In this document: one piece after another, positions 22,868-33,182 of the stretch | Layout of the letters: each line of letters begins with the position of its first letter | Position numbering within the stretch: the first letter of the stretch is position 1 | DNA from: a bacterium | Lineage (GTDB): Bacteria; UBA8248 | Assembly: GCA_965200245.1 (NCBI GenBank) | Contig: CBDATS010000004.1 | Coordinates: forward strand, 672,001 to 736,000 | Reading direction: 5' to 3' | DNA length: 64,000 bases | The notes under the pieces: generated by a model | Databases searched by the model: none | What the model was told of the DNA's origin: nothing | Seen by the model: the letters and a program-made list of their open reading frames with translations, nothing else | Translations under genes and position numbers: made by a program

Positions 22868-23290
22868 TTACCCCTCCACTTTTCCCCTCATCCTCTTCTT
22901 CTCGCTGCGGGCGCGTTTGTCCTGGAGGCGTTTTTCGATTGATGCGCGGGTGGGGCGTGTGGGGCGGCGCAGTTTAGGTGGCGAGGAGGCTTCGGCCAGG
23001 GCAGAGCGGAGTTTCTCCAGGCAGTCGGCGACGTTTCGCCCCTGATCGCGAAAGCGGCTGCTCGCGATGACGACTTCACCCTCGAGTGTCATGCGTCGCG
23101 GGTGGCGTGCACGCAGGCGGTGTTTCACGTCCTCCGTCACGCTCGGCGAGGCGGCCATGTCCCAGCGCAGCACCGCCTTGCTCGCGACCTTGTTGACATT
23201 CTGCCCGCCGGGGCCGGAACTTCGCGCGAACTGAAAGTGGAATTCGCGCAAGGGGATTTGCAACTTCTCGTTCACGATGAACATTTTCAT
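22868..23290 (-). CDS. arfB: alternative ribosome rescue peptidyl-tRNA hydrolase ArfB
   Basis: RSSGPGGQNVNKV, R.Q.RN, basic tail RRPTRPT...KRL..K. Confidence 0.93.
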   Translation of the reverse strand: MKMFIVNEKLQIPLREFHFQFARSSGPGGQNVNKVASKAVLRWDMAASPSVTEDVKHRLRARHPRRMTLEGEVVIASSRFRDQGRNVADCLEKLRSALAEASSPPKLRRPTRPTRASIEKRLQDKRARSEKKRMRGKVEG

Positions 23291-23578
23291 ACTCCTGTGG
23301 CATTGTGGGTGCAACATCGTTCATGCCTGCCGAATCGTAATGCATTTCTCAGCCAAAGTCAGGTTCACGACCACTCAGACAAGACGACGCGCAGGTGGTT
23401 CTTTGTTTATGCCGTGCGCAACGGCGATGCCCTTCCTGACGTCAGGCCATTCCGGACGTGCTCTGAGATTCGCTTTCCAATGGTTTTGGTGAGATAATTC
23501 CGCTGATGATCGGCGTGTAGCTGATCGCTTCGCCAGTCTTATCCCTACAGACCCGGACCGCCGCAACGGAGACAAACC

Positions 23579-24190
23579 ATGAAATGGATCATCCTGACGC
23601 TCCTCGTCGTGTTTACTCTCGGCGTTCAAACGTCAAGCGCACGGCAACTCGAGAAGGCCGTCTTCGCAGGAGGCTGCTTCTGGTGCGTCGAGTCTGATTT
23701 CGACAAGGTGCCGGGCGTCGTCTCGACGATTTCGGGCTATACCGGCGGCAAGACCAAGAACCCGACCTATGAACAGGTCACCTATGAAAACACAGGACAC
23801 TACGAAGCGGTCGAGATCACCTACGACCCGGCGAAGGTCAGTTACGAGGCACTGCTCACCGCATTCTGGCGCTCGGTCGACCCCACCGACGACGGCGGCC
23901 AGTTCTGCGACCGGGGCCATTCCTACAAAACAGCCGTCTTTGTAGTGAACGACAGGCAGCGCGCAGCGGCAGAGGCCTCCAGGAAAACGGCGCAAAAGGA
24001 CCTCGGCCAACCGATCGTCACTCCGATACTCACCGCAGCGCGTTTCTACCCGGCAGAGGACTATCACCAGGACTATTACAAAAAGAATCCCTACCGCTAC
24101 CGTTACTACCGCTGGGGTTGCGGGCGCGACAAGCGGGTGAAGAGAATCTGGGGCAAGCACGCCTTAAAGGGAATCCCCGGCCACAAGTGA
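23579..24190 (+). CDS. msrA: peptide methionine sulfoxide reductase A with signal peptide
   Basis: AGGCFWCVE, GYTGG, FYPAEDYHQDYY. Confidence 0.95.
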   Translation: MKWIILTLLVVFTLGVQTSSARQLEKAVFAGGCFWCVESDFDKVPGVVSTISGYTGGKTKNPTYEQVTYENTGHYEAVEITYDPAKVSYEALLTAFWRSVDPTDDGGQFCDRGHSYKTAVFVVNDRQRAAAEASRKTAQKDLGQPIVTPILTAARFYPAEDYHQDYYKKNPYRYRYYRWGCGRDKRVKRIWGKHALKGIPGHK

Positions 24191-24238
24191 AGACACGCCA
24201 GTTGAGTCGGCGTCAGGGAACCTCCATGCGAGAGGTGT

Positions 24239-24925
24239 TCAGGAAACCTGGTTGCGCTCCAGCATGTCCAGCACGTCATCCGTTTTTGTCACCCAGCCGA
24301 ATTTCGATTCGAAGTTGTACAGGGTGGCCTGGCGCGTGAAGTCCGGGCCTGTGTGATCCATCGCATCCTCGATTAGAATGGGCCAGAACTCACGAAAATA
24401 AGCCTCGCGTGCCGTGCTCTCCACGCAGACGTTCGTGGCCACGCCGGTGAAGAGAATGTGCCGGATGTCGAGGCCGTTGAGCTGGTTTTCCAGCGTCGTT
24501 CCCGCGAAGCCGCTGTAGCGGGCTTTTTTCACCACCAGGTCTTCCGGCATGGGTTTGAGTTCGTCAATAATCTCCCATCCCCACGTTCCCTCGATGATGA
24601 GCCTGTCGCGATCCACCGGGCGTTCCTCGATCATCCTGAACGCCATATGCTTGCGGACGTTGGGCGAGTGTGGCCCACCCGCGTCACTGAGGTCTGGCTT
24701 GTAGCCGAACTGGAGATACAGCACCTTCACGCTGGCCGCGCGTGCCGCAAGGAGCAGACGCCGGTTTGCCTCAATGACGGGGTTCGTGCGGGATTCGTCG
24801 ATGCCCGTGCCCAAGTCGAGCATTCCCCCTTTTTTCGCGTATGCATTCTGCATGTCGACCACGATAAGAGCGGTTCGAGCCAAATCGATTTCCACATCCT
24901 GGGGCCGAGCCTTCAGGTTCGCCAT
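24239..24925 (-). CDS. isochorismatase-family cysteine hydrolase (RutB-like)
   Basis: ALIVVDMQNAYA, K.RYSGF, TGVATNVCVEST. Confidence 0.88.
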   Translation of the reverse strand: MANLKARPQDVEIDLARTALIVVDMQNAYAKKGGMLDLGTGIDESRTNPVIEANRRLLLAARAASVKVLYLQFGYKPDLSDAGGPHSPNVRKHMAFRMIEERPVDRDRLIIEGTWGWEIIDELKPMPEDLVVKKARYSGFAGTTLENQLNGLDIRHILFTGVATNVCVESTAREAYFREFWPILIEDAMDHTGPDFTRQATLYNFESKFGWVTKTDDVLDMLERNQVS

Positions 24926-25159
24926 GTCTCTTCTCCATGGGTATGTAGTAGCCATGCAAGTGCACCCCTGAGTCATGCCCGAACGCCGGTGACACGAATT
25001 CCGGGCCGCACACTCAAGCGAATTCATCTTATATCAGCAAACACGCTCTTTCCAGCCGTAAAAACTGGCGGTGATTTGCCGTACGCTTGAAGGTACCGAT
25101 ATGGTAGCGTAGCAAAATGCGCTCATTACAATGTTACACGTTCGGAGACAAGAGAAACC

Positions 25160-26002
25160 ATGCTGACCATAGACGCCCAGGTTCACGCCTATGAAAGGGA
25201 TCATCCGGGGCGACTCTGGGCGGGCTCCCTGCCGGGACCGCCGGAAGTAACCGGCGACGACATGGTCGCGGCCATGGATTCCGTCGGTGTGGACGCCGCC
25301 GTGCTGATCTCGCCCTTCGCCCTGTACCGCTACGACGCCGCCTATGCACTCGAGGTACGCACCACGCATCCGGGCCGATTCGCCCTGATCAAACCGGTCG
25401 ACCCAACCGACCACGCTGTGGCGGAGACGATCGCCGAATGGGTTGCGCTTGAAGGCACGGTGGGGGTGCGAATCATGCTGAACCCGGGCCCTTCCCTCGA
25501 TCCGGAGCATCCGGGAATCGATCGGGTTCTTGCCGCCGCCGCACGCGCCTCACTGCCGGTCAATCTCATGTGCTGGGGCCTGCTGGAGCACATCGCGCGG
25601 TATGCGCGCGCACACCCGAGCACGATGCTGGTAATCGATCACCTGGGTCTGGAACAGCCGTTTTACCCGCCGGCACCTCCCGACCCCTTTGCCGACCTCC
25701 CCAGCCTTCTGGCTCTGGCGGCATTCGACAACATCGCCGTGAAGATCACCGGTGCCTGCACGCTTTCCCATGCTCCCTATCCCTACGACGATATCTGGGA
25801 TCCGCTCTGCAGGGTATTCGACGAATTCGGCTTCGAGCGATGCCTGTGGGGCACCGACTGGACCCGCGCGGTCCATCTGCTGACATACGAGCAGGGCGTG
25901 ACGCCGTTTCGCCTTACGGATCGACTAACGGACGAGGAGCGCGCAACCCTCATGGGAGGCACCTTGCAGCGGATATACGACTGGAAGCCCGGTATCGGAT
26001 AG
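25160..26002 (+). CDS. amidohydrolase_2 family protein
   Basis: IDAQVH, VIDHLG, WGTDW. Confidence 0.88.
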   Translation: MLTIDAQVHAYERDHPGRLWAGSLPGPPEVTGDDMVAAMDSVGVDAAVLISPFALYRYDAAYALEVRTTHPGRFALIKPVDPTDHAVAETIAEWVALEGTVGVRIMLNPGPSLDPEHPGIDRVLAAAARASLPVNLMCWGLLEHIARYARAHPSTMLVIDHLGLEQPFYPPAPPDPFADLPSLLALAAFDNIAVKITGACTLSHAPYPYDDIWDPLCRVFDEFGFERCLWGTDWTRAVHLLTYEQGVTPFRLTDRLTDEERATLMGGTLQRIYDWKPGIG

Positions 26003-26317
26003 CCTGCGGTGTTGACGCTTCAAGGAAACTGCAGAAAACGCAAGGGAAAGCACAGGACTCTCTCCGATGAACCGAAATGCTATACACCTGCAGTGACAGG
26101 CCTCCCGTGACTACTTGCATTTTGTTTGCTCGTCAAGGCAAGTGCACAGATCACATATAATGTGGCCACTACACGCGGGCGATAGCCCTTCAAAGATCGC
26201 CAAACGTCGGAATGACGGCAAAATACACAAAACAAACCTGCCTGTTCGACTATGGTTCGACCGGCTACAGGACTCACTCCCTGTTCATGAATCAGGATAA
26301 TCAGAGGTGGTTGTTCT

Positions 26318-27195
26318 GTAGTGGGTCAGTTTGAAATTTTCTTCCTGTAAGGCCCGCGCGGACCGGGTTTGGGGCGGGCTTCCTGTACGAGTCGGACGAT
26401 ATCTTCGATGTCCCAGAGACGATCCGTGACACCGGCGGCCATCGCCGGTGCAATCCCGTCCAGGCTTTTGTGTTGGCGACAGAAATTGTAATGCATGAAA
26501 TGCAGCGAGACGCTGTGGGCATGGTTCTCGATTTTCTTTGAAAAAGCATTTGTCAGCCGCGTAAAGCGGCGCATCGACATCCGCATGGTGAGATTGTTGC
26601 GCTCTGCATAGCTCGTGGAGATATGAACCGGGTCCGGGTCGCCCTCGATCTGCATCATTCTGGCTCCCGTGCATTCGGCAGGGCTGTATCGCTTCTCGGC
26701 GGATGCACCCCCCTCCGAACCATACAGCTTTACCAGCATGGCATAGTCTATGTCCGCGCCAAAGTCATCCTCCACGGCTTCCAGGTAAGGCCGGTGCCCA
26801 TCGCTCGTGAGTTGTATGCGACCGGCCAGCCTGTCGCGCAAATCGTTCATGAAAACAGCTGCGGTCTCGCTCGAACGATCTCCGACAACCCACGAAGGAA
26901 CCAGTTTCGTGTCGGCGCAGATGGCCGTCCACGTCCATACATCGCCTGCCCATTCGGGAGCGGCTTCCGTAACGTTCTTCTGCCTGGCATGGACGAAGGA
27001 CCAGATATCATCGACCTGAACGCGCCTGCATGGCAGGTCGCGCAGCACGCGGTTCTGATACGCGCTGCAGGCCTTTCCTGCGTCCACGAGAAGTTTTGCC
27101 ACGGTGTTCTTGCTTGTATCGGTAATGCGGGTCGTTGCGCGGATGCTCATGCCCTCTACGAGGCAACGAATGATGAGGGCTTCTCGCGAACGCAT
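26318..27195 (-). mobile_element. IS1-family DDE transposase, 5' end apparently truncated
   Basis: CLVEGMSIRAT, QVDDIWSFV, LTSDG...Y, STSYAERNNLTMR, RLTNAFSKK. Confidence 0.85.
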
Positions 27196-27198
27196 AAA

Positions 27199-27239
27199 TA
27201 GATACTGTCGTATCTGGCGTATGGGGCTGAATTGAAGAA
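27199..27239 (+). mobile_element. isolated IS256 terminal remnant
   Basis: 37/41 identity to the reverse complement of 34381-34421. Confidence 0.75.
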
Positions 27240-27297
27240 AAAAGTAATTGCAATCATTTCCAGCTATGATAAAAATACCCCAGAAGGAGAGAATCCA

Positions 27298-27879
27298 ATG
27301 ATGTACGATGCAGAAAAAGCAGCGCAAGTCGCCTTGTATTTCACCAGGCTCGAAGGCGGCAAAATCAACAGACTCAAACTTATGAAGCTCACCTACTTGG
27401 CCGAGAGGGAGCATCTCCGGCTCTACGGAGAACCCATGTTCGGAGCGGAACTCGCCTTGATGCATCATGGCCCTGTCCCATGCGAACTACTGGACATCTC
27501 CTACTCCGAAGAAGTTGCACCTGTTTCATCTGACCACAAAGAAAAAAAACCTTGGCATTCATACATCCAGAGGGATGGAAGATATTACCTTACATCCAAG
27601 AAAGAAGCGGAATTCAAGGAACTCGACGAAATAAACAGAGCAGACACCGAAATCATCGAAAAACTATACGGACAACACAAAGAAAAAAACCAATACGAAC
27701 TCCGTGATTACACCCATACACTCCAAGAATGGATACGTACTCCCAAAGGAAAACGAGAGCCAATCCATCACAAAAATCTCTTCATGCAATTAGGTTACAA
27801 TAAAGACGAAGCAGACGAGTTATGTCAACGAATTAAAGAAAGAAAAGCACTAGACGAAACATATGCCGTACCTTTCTAG
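27298..27879 (+). CDS. Panacea (DUF4065/SocA) antitoxin
   Basis: KLMKLTYLAEREHLRLYGEPM...HGPV...LRDYTH..EW. Confidence 0.85.
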   Translation: MMYDAEKAAQVALYFTRLEGGKINRLKLMKLTYLAEREHLRLYGEPMFGAELALMHHGPVPCELLDISYSEEVAPVSSDHKEKKPWHSYIQRDGRYYLTSKKEAEFKELDEINRADTEIIEKLYGQHKEKNQYELRDYTHTLQEWIRTPKGKREPIHHKNLFMQLGYNKDEADELCQRIKERKALDETYAVPF

Positions 27880-28294
27880 ATTTTTACCCCTCAAGAAATG
27901 CGTATGCCTCCTCAGAGAATCAGGAACTCAGGAAGACCCAGGCAAAAGACACCTACACATCATACTGACCAATCCAAATTCCAACGAAGAAGTATTACTC
28001 GTAAGCGTCTCAAGCTTCCCCACTGAATCAGGACTCCGCCGCAAGACCGACGATTCTTGTATTCTATTCCCGAATGATTATCCATCATTCATTAGACACA
28101 AAAGCTACATTGCGTACAAACACACCAAAATCAAAAAAACAGAAGCCCTTCAGATCGAAATAGACAATAATAAATCTGCAATACACGGGATGGTAAGTGA
28201 AGAAGTTTTATCAAGAATCTGCCAAGGACCCAAAAAATCCAAATTCACAAGCCCAAAAATTCTCAAATTCTACGAAGAAGCATCCAAGGCGTAA
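27863..28294 (+). CDS. putative toxin partner of Panacea (PemK/MazF-like fold suspected)
   Basis: Overlaps the Panacea gene; HLHIILT...LLVSVSS...DDSCIL...FIRHKSYIAY. Confidence 0.6.
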   Translation: MPYLSRFLPLKKCVCLLRESGTQEDPGKRHLHIILTNPNSNEEVLLVSVSSFPTESGLRRKTDDSCILFPNDYPSFIRHKSYIAYKHTKIKKTEALQIEIDNNKSAIHGMVSEEVLSRICQGPKKSKFTSPKILKFYEEASKA

Positions 28295-28562
28295 TCAACA
28301 CGTCAAGACAGCATAGGATGATCGCTTCCCCTCGAAACCATTCCCGTCGGCTTCAATCCAGACGGAATGGGGTTTTCTCATTGTCGACACTCGGCTCAAT
28401 AGCAATGGATTGCCGCCAACACGCAATGTTTTTGCCAGGCAGTCAAGGAACTGTCTTGAGAACTGCTTCGTCGAGAGCATAGCGAACCGGATCGGTGTGG
28501 ATTTTCAAAATAATTGATAGGTCGTGGACATTGCACCGAGGAACAAGGAAAACGCAGATTAC

Positions 28563-29138
28563 TCATTTCGTGCCAACAGCTGAAAGATATTCCCGTTCCT
28601 GCAGACTCCCGGTTTCCTCACGGACGACATTAAATTCGAGGTGAGGCTTGACTCCGACGACTTTTCGGGAGAGTTCATCGATTGAATTAGAAAAACCACG
28701 CTTCCTGGTACTCCTGTCAATATAGATAATTGTACCAATCATCTCCAATTCGCCTGCGTTCATGGAGCCGAATTCTCGCACAATCGAGGATATCTTTTCG
28801 TCGTATTGCCCCAGAAAATTCTGAGCGCGTGCTATTAATTCGTTGCCTTTGAGGCCTAATGAATACTCAAAAGCATATCCCCCGGGAAAAGAAGCCAGAG
28901 TGCCCTTTACCCCTTCCAGCGCTTCGGCATAGCTCAAGTCATCCAGCAGTCGGGAATCGAATGGGCCGTAAGTGTAAAGTGTGAAACGGTAATCAAGCGG
29001 AACGGTTTGGATCTCTTTCAAGAGGTAAGCAAATTTCATCAGCGCAGTCCTTCCAGCTTTTCTATCGGTTTGTTCGCTCTTTTCGACCATACGACAAATC
29101 AGGCCCAGTCTGCTCCATCCCCAATCATCCATTGGCAT
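28563..29138 (-). CDS. YwgA/SocA-like protein
   Basis: GRTALMKFAYLL...Y.FTLYTYGPF...LDDL...LEMIGTIIY. Confidence 0.65.
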   Translation of the reverse strand: MPMDDWGWSRLGLICRMVEKSEQTDRKAGRTALMKFAYLLKEIQTVPLDYRFTLYTYGPFDSRLLDDLSYAEALEGVKGTLASFPGGYAFEYSLGLKGNELIARAQNFLGQYDEKISSIVREFGSMNAGELEMIGTIIYIDRSTRKRGFSNSIDELSRKVVGVKPHLEFNVVREETGSLQEREYLSAVGTK

Positions 29139-29150
29139 CTCCGGTTTTGT

Positions 29151-29520
29151 TTAGCCTTTGCACGGCTTCATCACGATCTTGTTTCTTGACATACAATCTG
29201 GTCTGGCGAATCGGCTTAATGCTGCTGACAAGCGACGAAAAAGAAGAAAGCGGTTTTTGCTTGCGATCATGAGCTTCCGTGAAAACAGGAATGTCGGAGC
29301 TTTTGGTATCATGCCAAGATTTTTCCGCCGGAATCTCTGCGCAACCAGTTCTTCGAGTTCAGCTTTTTGCTTGGCAAGCTCCTGTATGTCTTTGGGACCT
29401 GGGCTCTCCGGGGTATGCCATATCTTTCGGTAGTGATCTCGCTCCAAGATTCGCTCCCCATGTTCGCCGCCTTTTCTGTCTTTCAGCGCACCCAGCACCC
29501 GCCAATCACGCCAATCCAAG
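29151..29520 (-). pseudogene. C-terminal remnant of an HD-domain phosphohydrolase-like gene
   Basis: DWRVLGAL...GEHGERILERDHYRKIW; position upstream of the YwgA-like gene; catalytic HD part absent. Confidence 0.45.
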
Positions 29521-29747
29521 AATCCGCTCGATGAGCCTGAAAGCCTTGGACAGGGATGTCCCTCCCTGAAACACAGTTTCGGGTGTCCGTCGGGCAACCC
29601 GTTGTAGAGCACATCGAGAACAAAACAGACCTGAAAGTCCTTATCCACGTAACCGGGCATCGTATCGAGACGGTTTGCTGCCGCTTCGAACACGTCGCGT
29701 CTATCCTGCTCAGCCAGTGTGAAAAAGGATTCAAAAGATCCGTTCAT
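29520..29747 (-). pseudogene. AbiEii nucleotidyltransferase toxin, N-terminal fragment
   Basis: RRDVFEAAANRL....YVDKDF.VC..L, then frameshift before GGTSLSKAF. Confidence 0.75.
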
Positions 29748-30421
29748 CAGGCGAGAACCTCTTCGGTCATGAGGTCGTATGCGAGCGGTAACGCCCAGCC
29801 AGGGAGGTCCTGTCGGTTACGGAACAAATCGCGTTTCACCTTGTCGGGAAGGCGACGTTTCAAAATCGAGACAACCCGGGGGTCTGTGACGGCGTCAGGA
29901 CCGAGCCACCGGAGCGCCTGAACGACCGGGGCTGCCGCTTTTCCCGCCCAGCGCATGACGCCCGGACTTGCCCGCTGGAAGCGGACCATTCGTCCGTCAA
30001 TCTCGACAGAACGCGATGCGCCATCTGTCACGTAGCGGGGTTTGGCAGGGACTGCGTTGGTGAGACCAAGCTGGTTGGCGCTCTCCATACCATCGGGCAT
30101 GATGCGGATACCGTCCCTGCGTGCGATTGCGGCGATTGCGGCAGACAGGGCAACCGGCGCAGGTCGCCCCAGCACGCCGCTGACCCTCGGCACATCGTAC
30201 AGACCACGGCCAACCCGGCGCAGTCGGCCAGCCTTGACGAGACGCGACAAAGCCTGGTCGACGGCTTCACGGATCCCTATATGCAGAAAATCTCTCGGTG
30301 TAAACACCCATTTCGAATCACCGTTCTCGGACACCCTGCTCATGATCGTATCGGCCACACTACTCACTCGGACATATCTCCTCTTCTGATTTGTCAGAAA
30401 TATATTATATTTATATGACAA
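29747..30421 (-). CDS. DUF6088/AbiEi-type antitoxin
   Basis: VFTPRDFL...AVDQALSRL...LRRVGRGLYD, ANQLGLTNAVPAK; true start probably ~30367. Confidence 0.85.
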   Translation of the reverse strand: MSYKYNIFLTNQKRRYVRVSSVADTIMSRVSENGDSKWVFTPRDFLHIGIREAVDQALSRLVKAGRLRRVGRGLYDVPRVSGVLGRPAPVALSAAIAAIARRDGIRIMPDGMESANQLGLTNAVPAKPRYVTDGASRSVEIDGRMVRFQRASPGVMRWAGKAAAPVVQALRWLGPDAVTDPRVVSILKRRLPDKVKRDLFRNRQDLPGWALPLAYDLMTEEVLA

Positions 30422-31255
30422 TCAACTGCACTTCTGTAATACGACAGGTGGAGACCAGACATGATTTCCATGAGGAATCATCTTTCTCATCGGAATACCT
30501 GTCCCATCCCGTTCGTGTCCAAACACCGGCCCCATCGCAGGCAGAACCGTGAAAGAGATGGATGGAACCTTTCATTGATCGCCGAGTTTCTGATTGAGTT
30601 CCTAGATACGGCCGGGGATGAACCGCGAGGCTGCCATCGGTTGTCTATATCACCAGCCCGTACAATTTCGTCACTGGTGTCGAAGTTGTTCCGGTTCCGC
30701 CTTTTTGGCCCTGCCCGCTCCGAGTACTTCCAAAGCCGCGACCCACTCCCCCGTCGCAATCTCCACCCGATCGCACAGGGCCTTCGCGTCGTTCACGAGT
30801 TCGGGCCCGATCGCGCGCACGACCGATCTCGACGAAGAAGCTGGTTTGCGGCGTATCGCCTGCTCTTTGTTACCAACGCCAAATGGCTGTCGCAGACCAG
30901 ATCGATCAGGTGCATTTATCCATCATGATCCGGGTTCTGTACATGCGCTGCGAAGAGCCGTGAGCTTCTCGACACTCATATCAAGCAAACCGGCAACGCG
31001 TCTCACAGAGACGCAGCCCCCCGACAGCACTTTGATCGATTAAGCGGACGCCCGACACTCGAATCGCGTGACCCGAAAACTACCCGTGTTTTCTGCGAAA
31101 TCATCGGGACAAAAGAATTCCATAGATGTGTTGGTATAATTACCAGATAGTGGTTACAACCCGGGACCATGATCGTGACTGGCTGAACAGTGGTTCGAGC
31201 ATCCGGGAAACGAATTGAAATGATGGACAACTTCAAGGATTCCGCACCAGTGCTG

Positions 31256-31546
31256 ATGAATAAAAAGACGCGGTGCTGACTCTGCTTCGCACGTATAAAG
31301 GAATACTCTCGGAACGCTTCGGGATCGCTGGACTTGCCCTTTTCGGGTCCTTCGCACGTGATGAGGCCACCGAAAGCAGCGACGTCGACATTTTGGTGCA
31401 GTTCGAGACGTCACCTGACTGGAAGCGCTACTTCGGAACGCAATCCTATATCGAGAACCTGCTGGGACGATCGGTGGACTTGACAACGGCCCAAGAGTTG
31501 TGAGCCGAAGTGCGCCCCGAGTGGAGCAAGAAATCATTGAGGTCTG
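31256..31546 (+). pseudogene. minimal nucleotidyltransferase (MNT) antitoxin, decayed
   Basis: LFGSFARDEATESSDVDILV; 5' frameshift and premature TGA at 31501. Confidence 0.75.
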
Positions 31547-31615
31547 ATCCGGAGGGAAAAACCCGTGAATGGCGATTCCATGTTCAGGACATGATCGGGT
31601 TTCTCGAAAATGTCA
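31537..31615 (+). pseudogene. HepT/DUF86 toxin N-terminal stub
   Basis: REWRFHVQDMIGFLENV directly after the MNT gene, then an abrupt switch. Confidence 0.55.
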
Positions 31616-32080
31616 GGCCAGAATTTCCCCGAAGATATACGTCGTATTGTTCATGGATTTGAACCACCAGCGGAAAGAGATGCCCGAAATCGAGAACTCG
31701 GGGAAGCGGGCGAAGAATTCGTGTTCGAGGCCGAGAAACGCCGGCTACATGACATGGGCAGGAAAGACCTGTCCTCTCGTGTCTGTTGGATCTCCCGCGA
31801 CAGGGGAGACGGTTACGGCTACGACATCCTGTCCTTCCCTGGAACCGGCGAACAGGCAGAACGGGAAAGATGGCTGGAAATCAAAACCACAACCGGTCCT
31901 CAATCGACTCCTTTTTTCATCACGAGAAACGAACTGGAGGTTTCAGGGCGACACTCTGATATTTTCAGGATAATCAGGCTCTACGATTTCGGGCGCCAGG
32001 CACGGGCATACCGTCTGAACCACCACTGGAAAAACACGTCAGACTTTCTCCGGCGATTTATAGTGCCACCCCTTGAGTGA
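31610..32080 (+). pseudogene. DUF3883 (NOV C-terminal) nuclease-domain fragment
   Basis: LGEAGEEFVFEAE...GDGYGYDILSF...LEIKTT...PFFITRNE. Confidence 0.8.
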
Positions 32081-32370
32081 TTGGGCGCCAAAAAGCCCGT
32101 TACGGACGGGTACGGTGGCTATTCCCGGATGGGGATGTACCGCACCGATCAGTGAACCATGCGGAATGCTGCGTTGCGGGCGATACGCACATCCACACGA
32201 TCGAGGGGTTCCGGGCGCTGCTCAAGCGCGGGATGTTGGGCTCGTTCCATGGCGAGAGCCGGAAATATCTCCAGCACAATGTGGACGGGTTCTGCTGTCG
32301 CTACGATCTGTGCGGAACGGACCTGGCTTATGTGTTCGGGTTTACGTGGCAGAAAAGTGTGGGCCTGTGA
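32077..32370 (+). mobile_element. IS1595-family transposase C-terminal remnant
   Basis: H.SVNH...HTIEGF.ALLKRG..G.FH..S.KYLQ. Confidence 0.75.
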
Positions 32371-32436
32371 GGGGGCGTGGATGGAGCGCCATGATGCTGT
32401 CCTGGGAAAGCAAGGTCCAGAATACCGGAATCTGGT

Positions 32437-32844
32437 TTACTTGCTGCATGTCCTGAACTGATAAGGGCTGGTAACCGAAAACCTTGCCAGTGAACCAAGG
32501 ATATCGATAATCTGATCTTTCTCAATGTGTCGTTCGGACATCTCTCTTTGCACATCTTCACGTTCAAGGGGTGGAATACGAACAGCAAAGAACGGCCACA
32601 AATCTTCAGAACGATATTCGTCTTCAAGTGAAGGAAAAGCGGGTATCGGAGCAGAATTATAGTCGGCGTTGTAACGAAAGACAAATTCACTGTTCTCATG
32701 AAACAGATGACCGACCAGGCATTCTCCACGCTCCTTTTCCAAGTATATTTCCAGGGCTTTTTGTTGTGGTGCCGACGCATCCGGTTTAATTTGACTCACG
32801 CCCCATGATTGTGGATTCAGCATGTCCAGAAGTTTTTTCTTCAT
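32437..32844 (-). CDS. HipA N-terminal-domain protein
   Basis: VGHL....EFVFRY...Y.SEDLWPFFAVRIP. Confidence 0.75.
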   Translation of the reverse strand: MKKKLLDMLNPQSWGVSQIKPDASAPQQKALEIYLEKERGECLVGHLFHENSEFVFRYNADYNSAPIPAFPSLEDEYRSEDLWPFFAVRIPPLEREDVQREMSERHIEKDQIIDILGSLARFSVTSPYQFRTCSK

Positions 32845-33182
32845 GCCTGAACCTCCTGTTTAAGACGTTTAATCCGGATATTCAAAAGGTCCCGAATGAA
32901 TCGAATTCGGGTCTGTGTAATGATACGACGGAAGCGGCACTGTAGCATTTGTTCAATTGCTGGAATATCCACCGCATTGAAAACCTGTCGCATTGTACTA
33001 TTAAATGGAGCAGGGTAGTGGTTGGAAACCCATTTCACCAGTGAGAAATGATTGTCCGATTTGGTACCGTCAGTACTGATAGCAGGTTTCGAACGATTGG
33101 CGTAATTTGTGAGGAACTGAACACGTCCTTGCAGTTTCGATTTGGCGATCAAATCTGAATCGGAAATCTCGCGAAACATCCC
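32841..33182 (-). pseudogene. C-terminal remnant of a HipA-like kinase, cut by IS256
   Basis: Overlaps the HipA_N gene; frame begins at the IS boundary. Confidence 0.55.

Noticed and set aside
26326-27468. 380-aa long version of the IS1 transposase
   Set aside because: The first ~90 codons are antisense to the Panacea gene and cross the IS256 end
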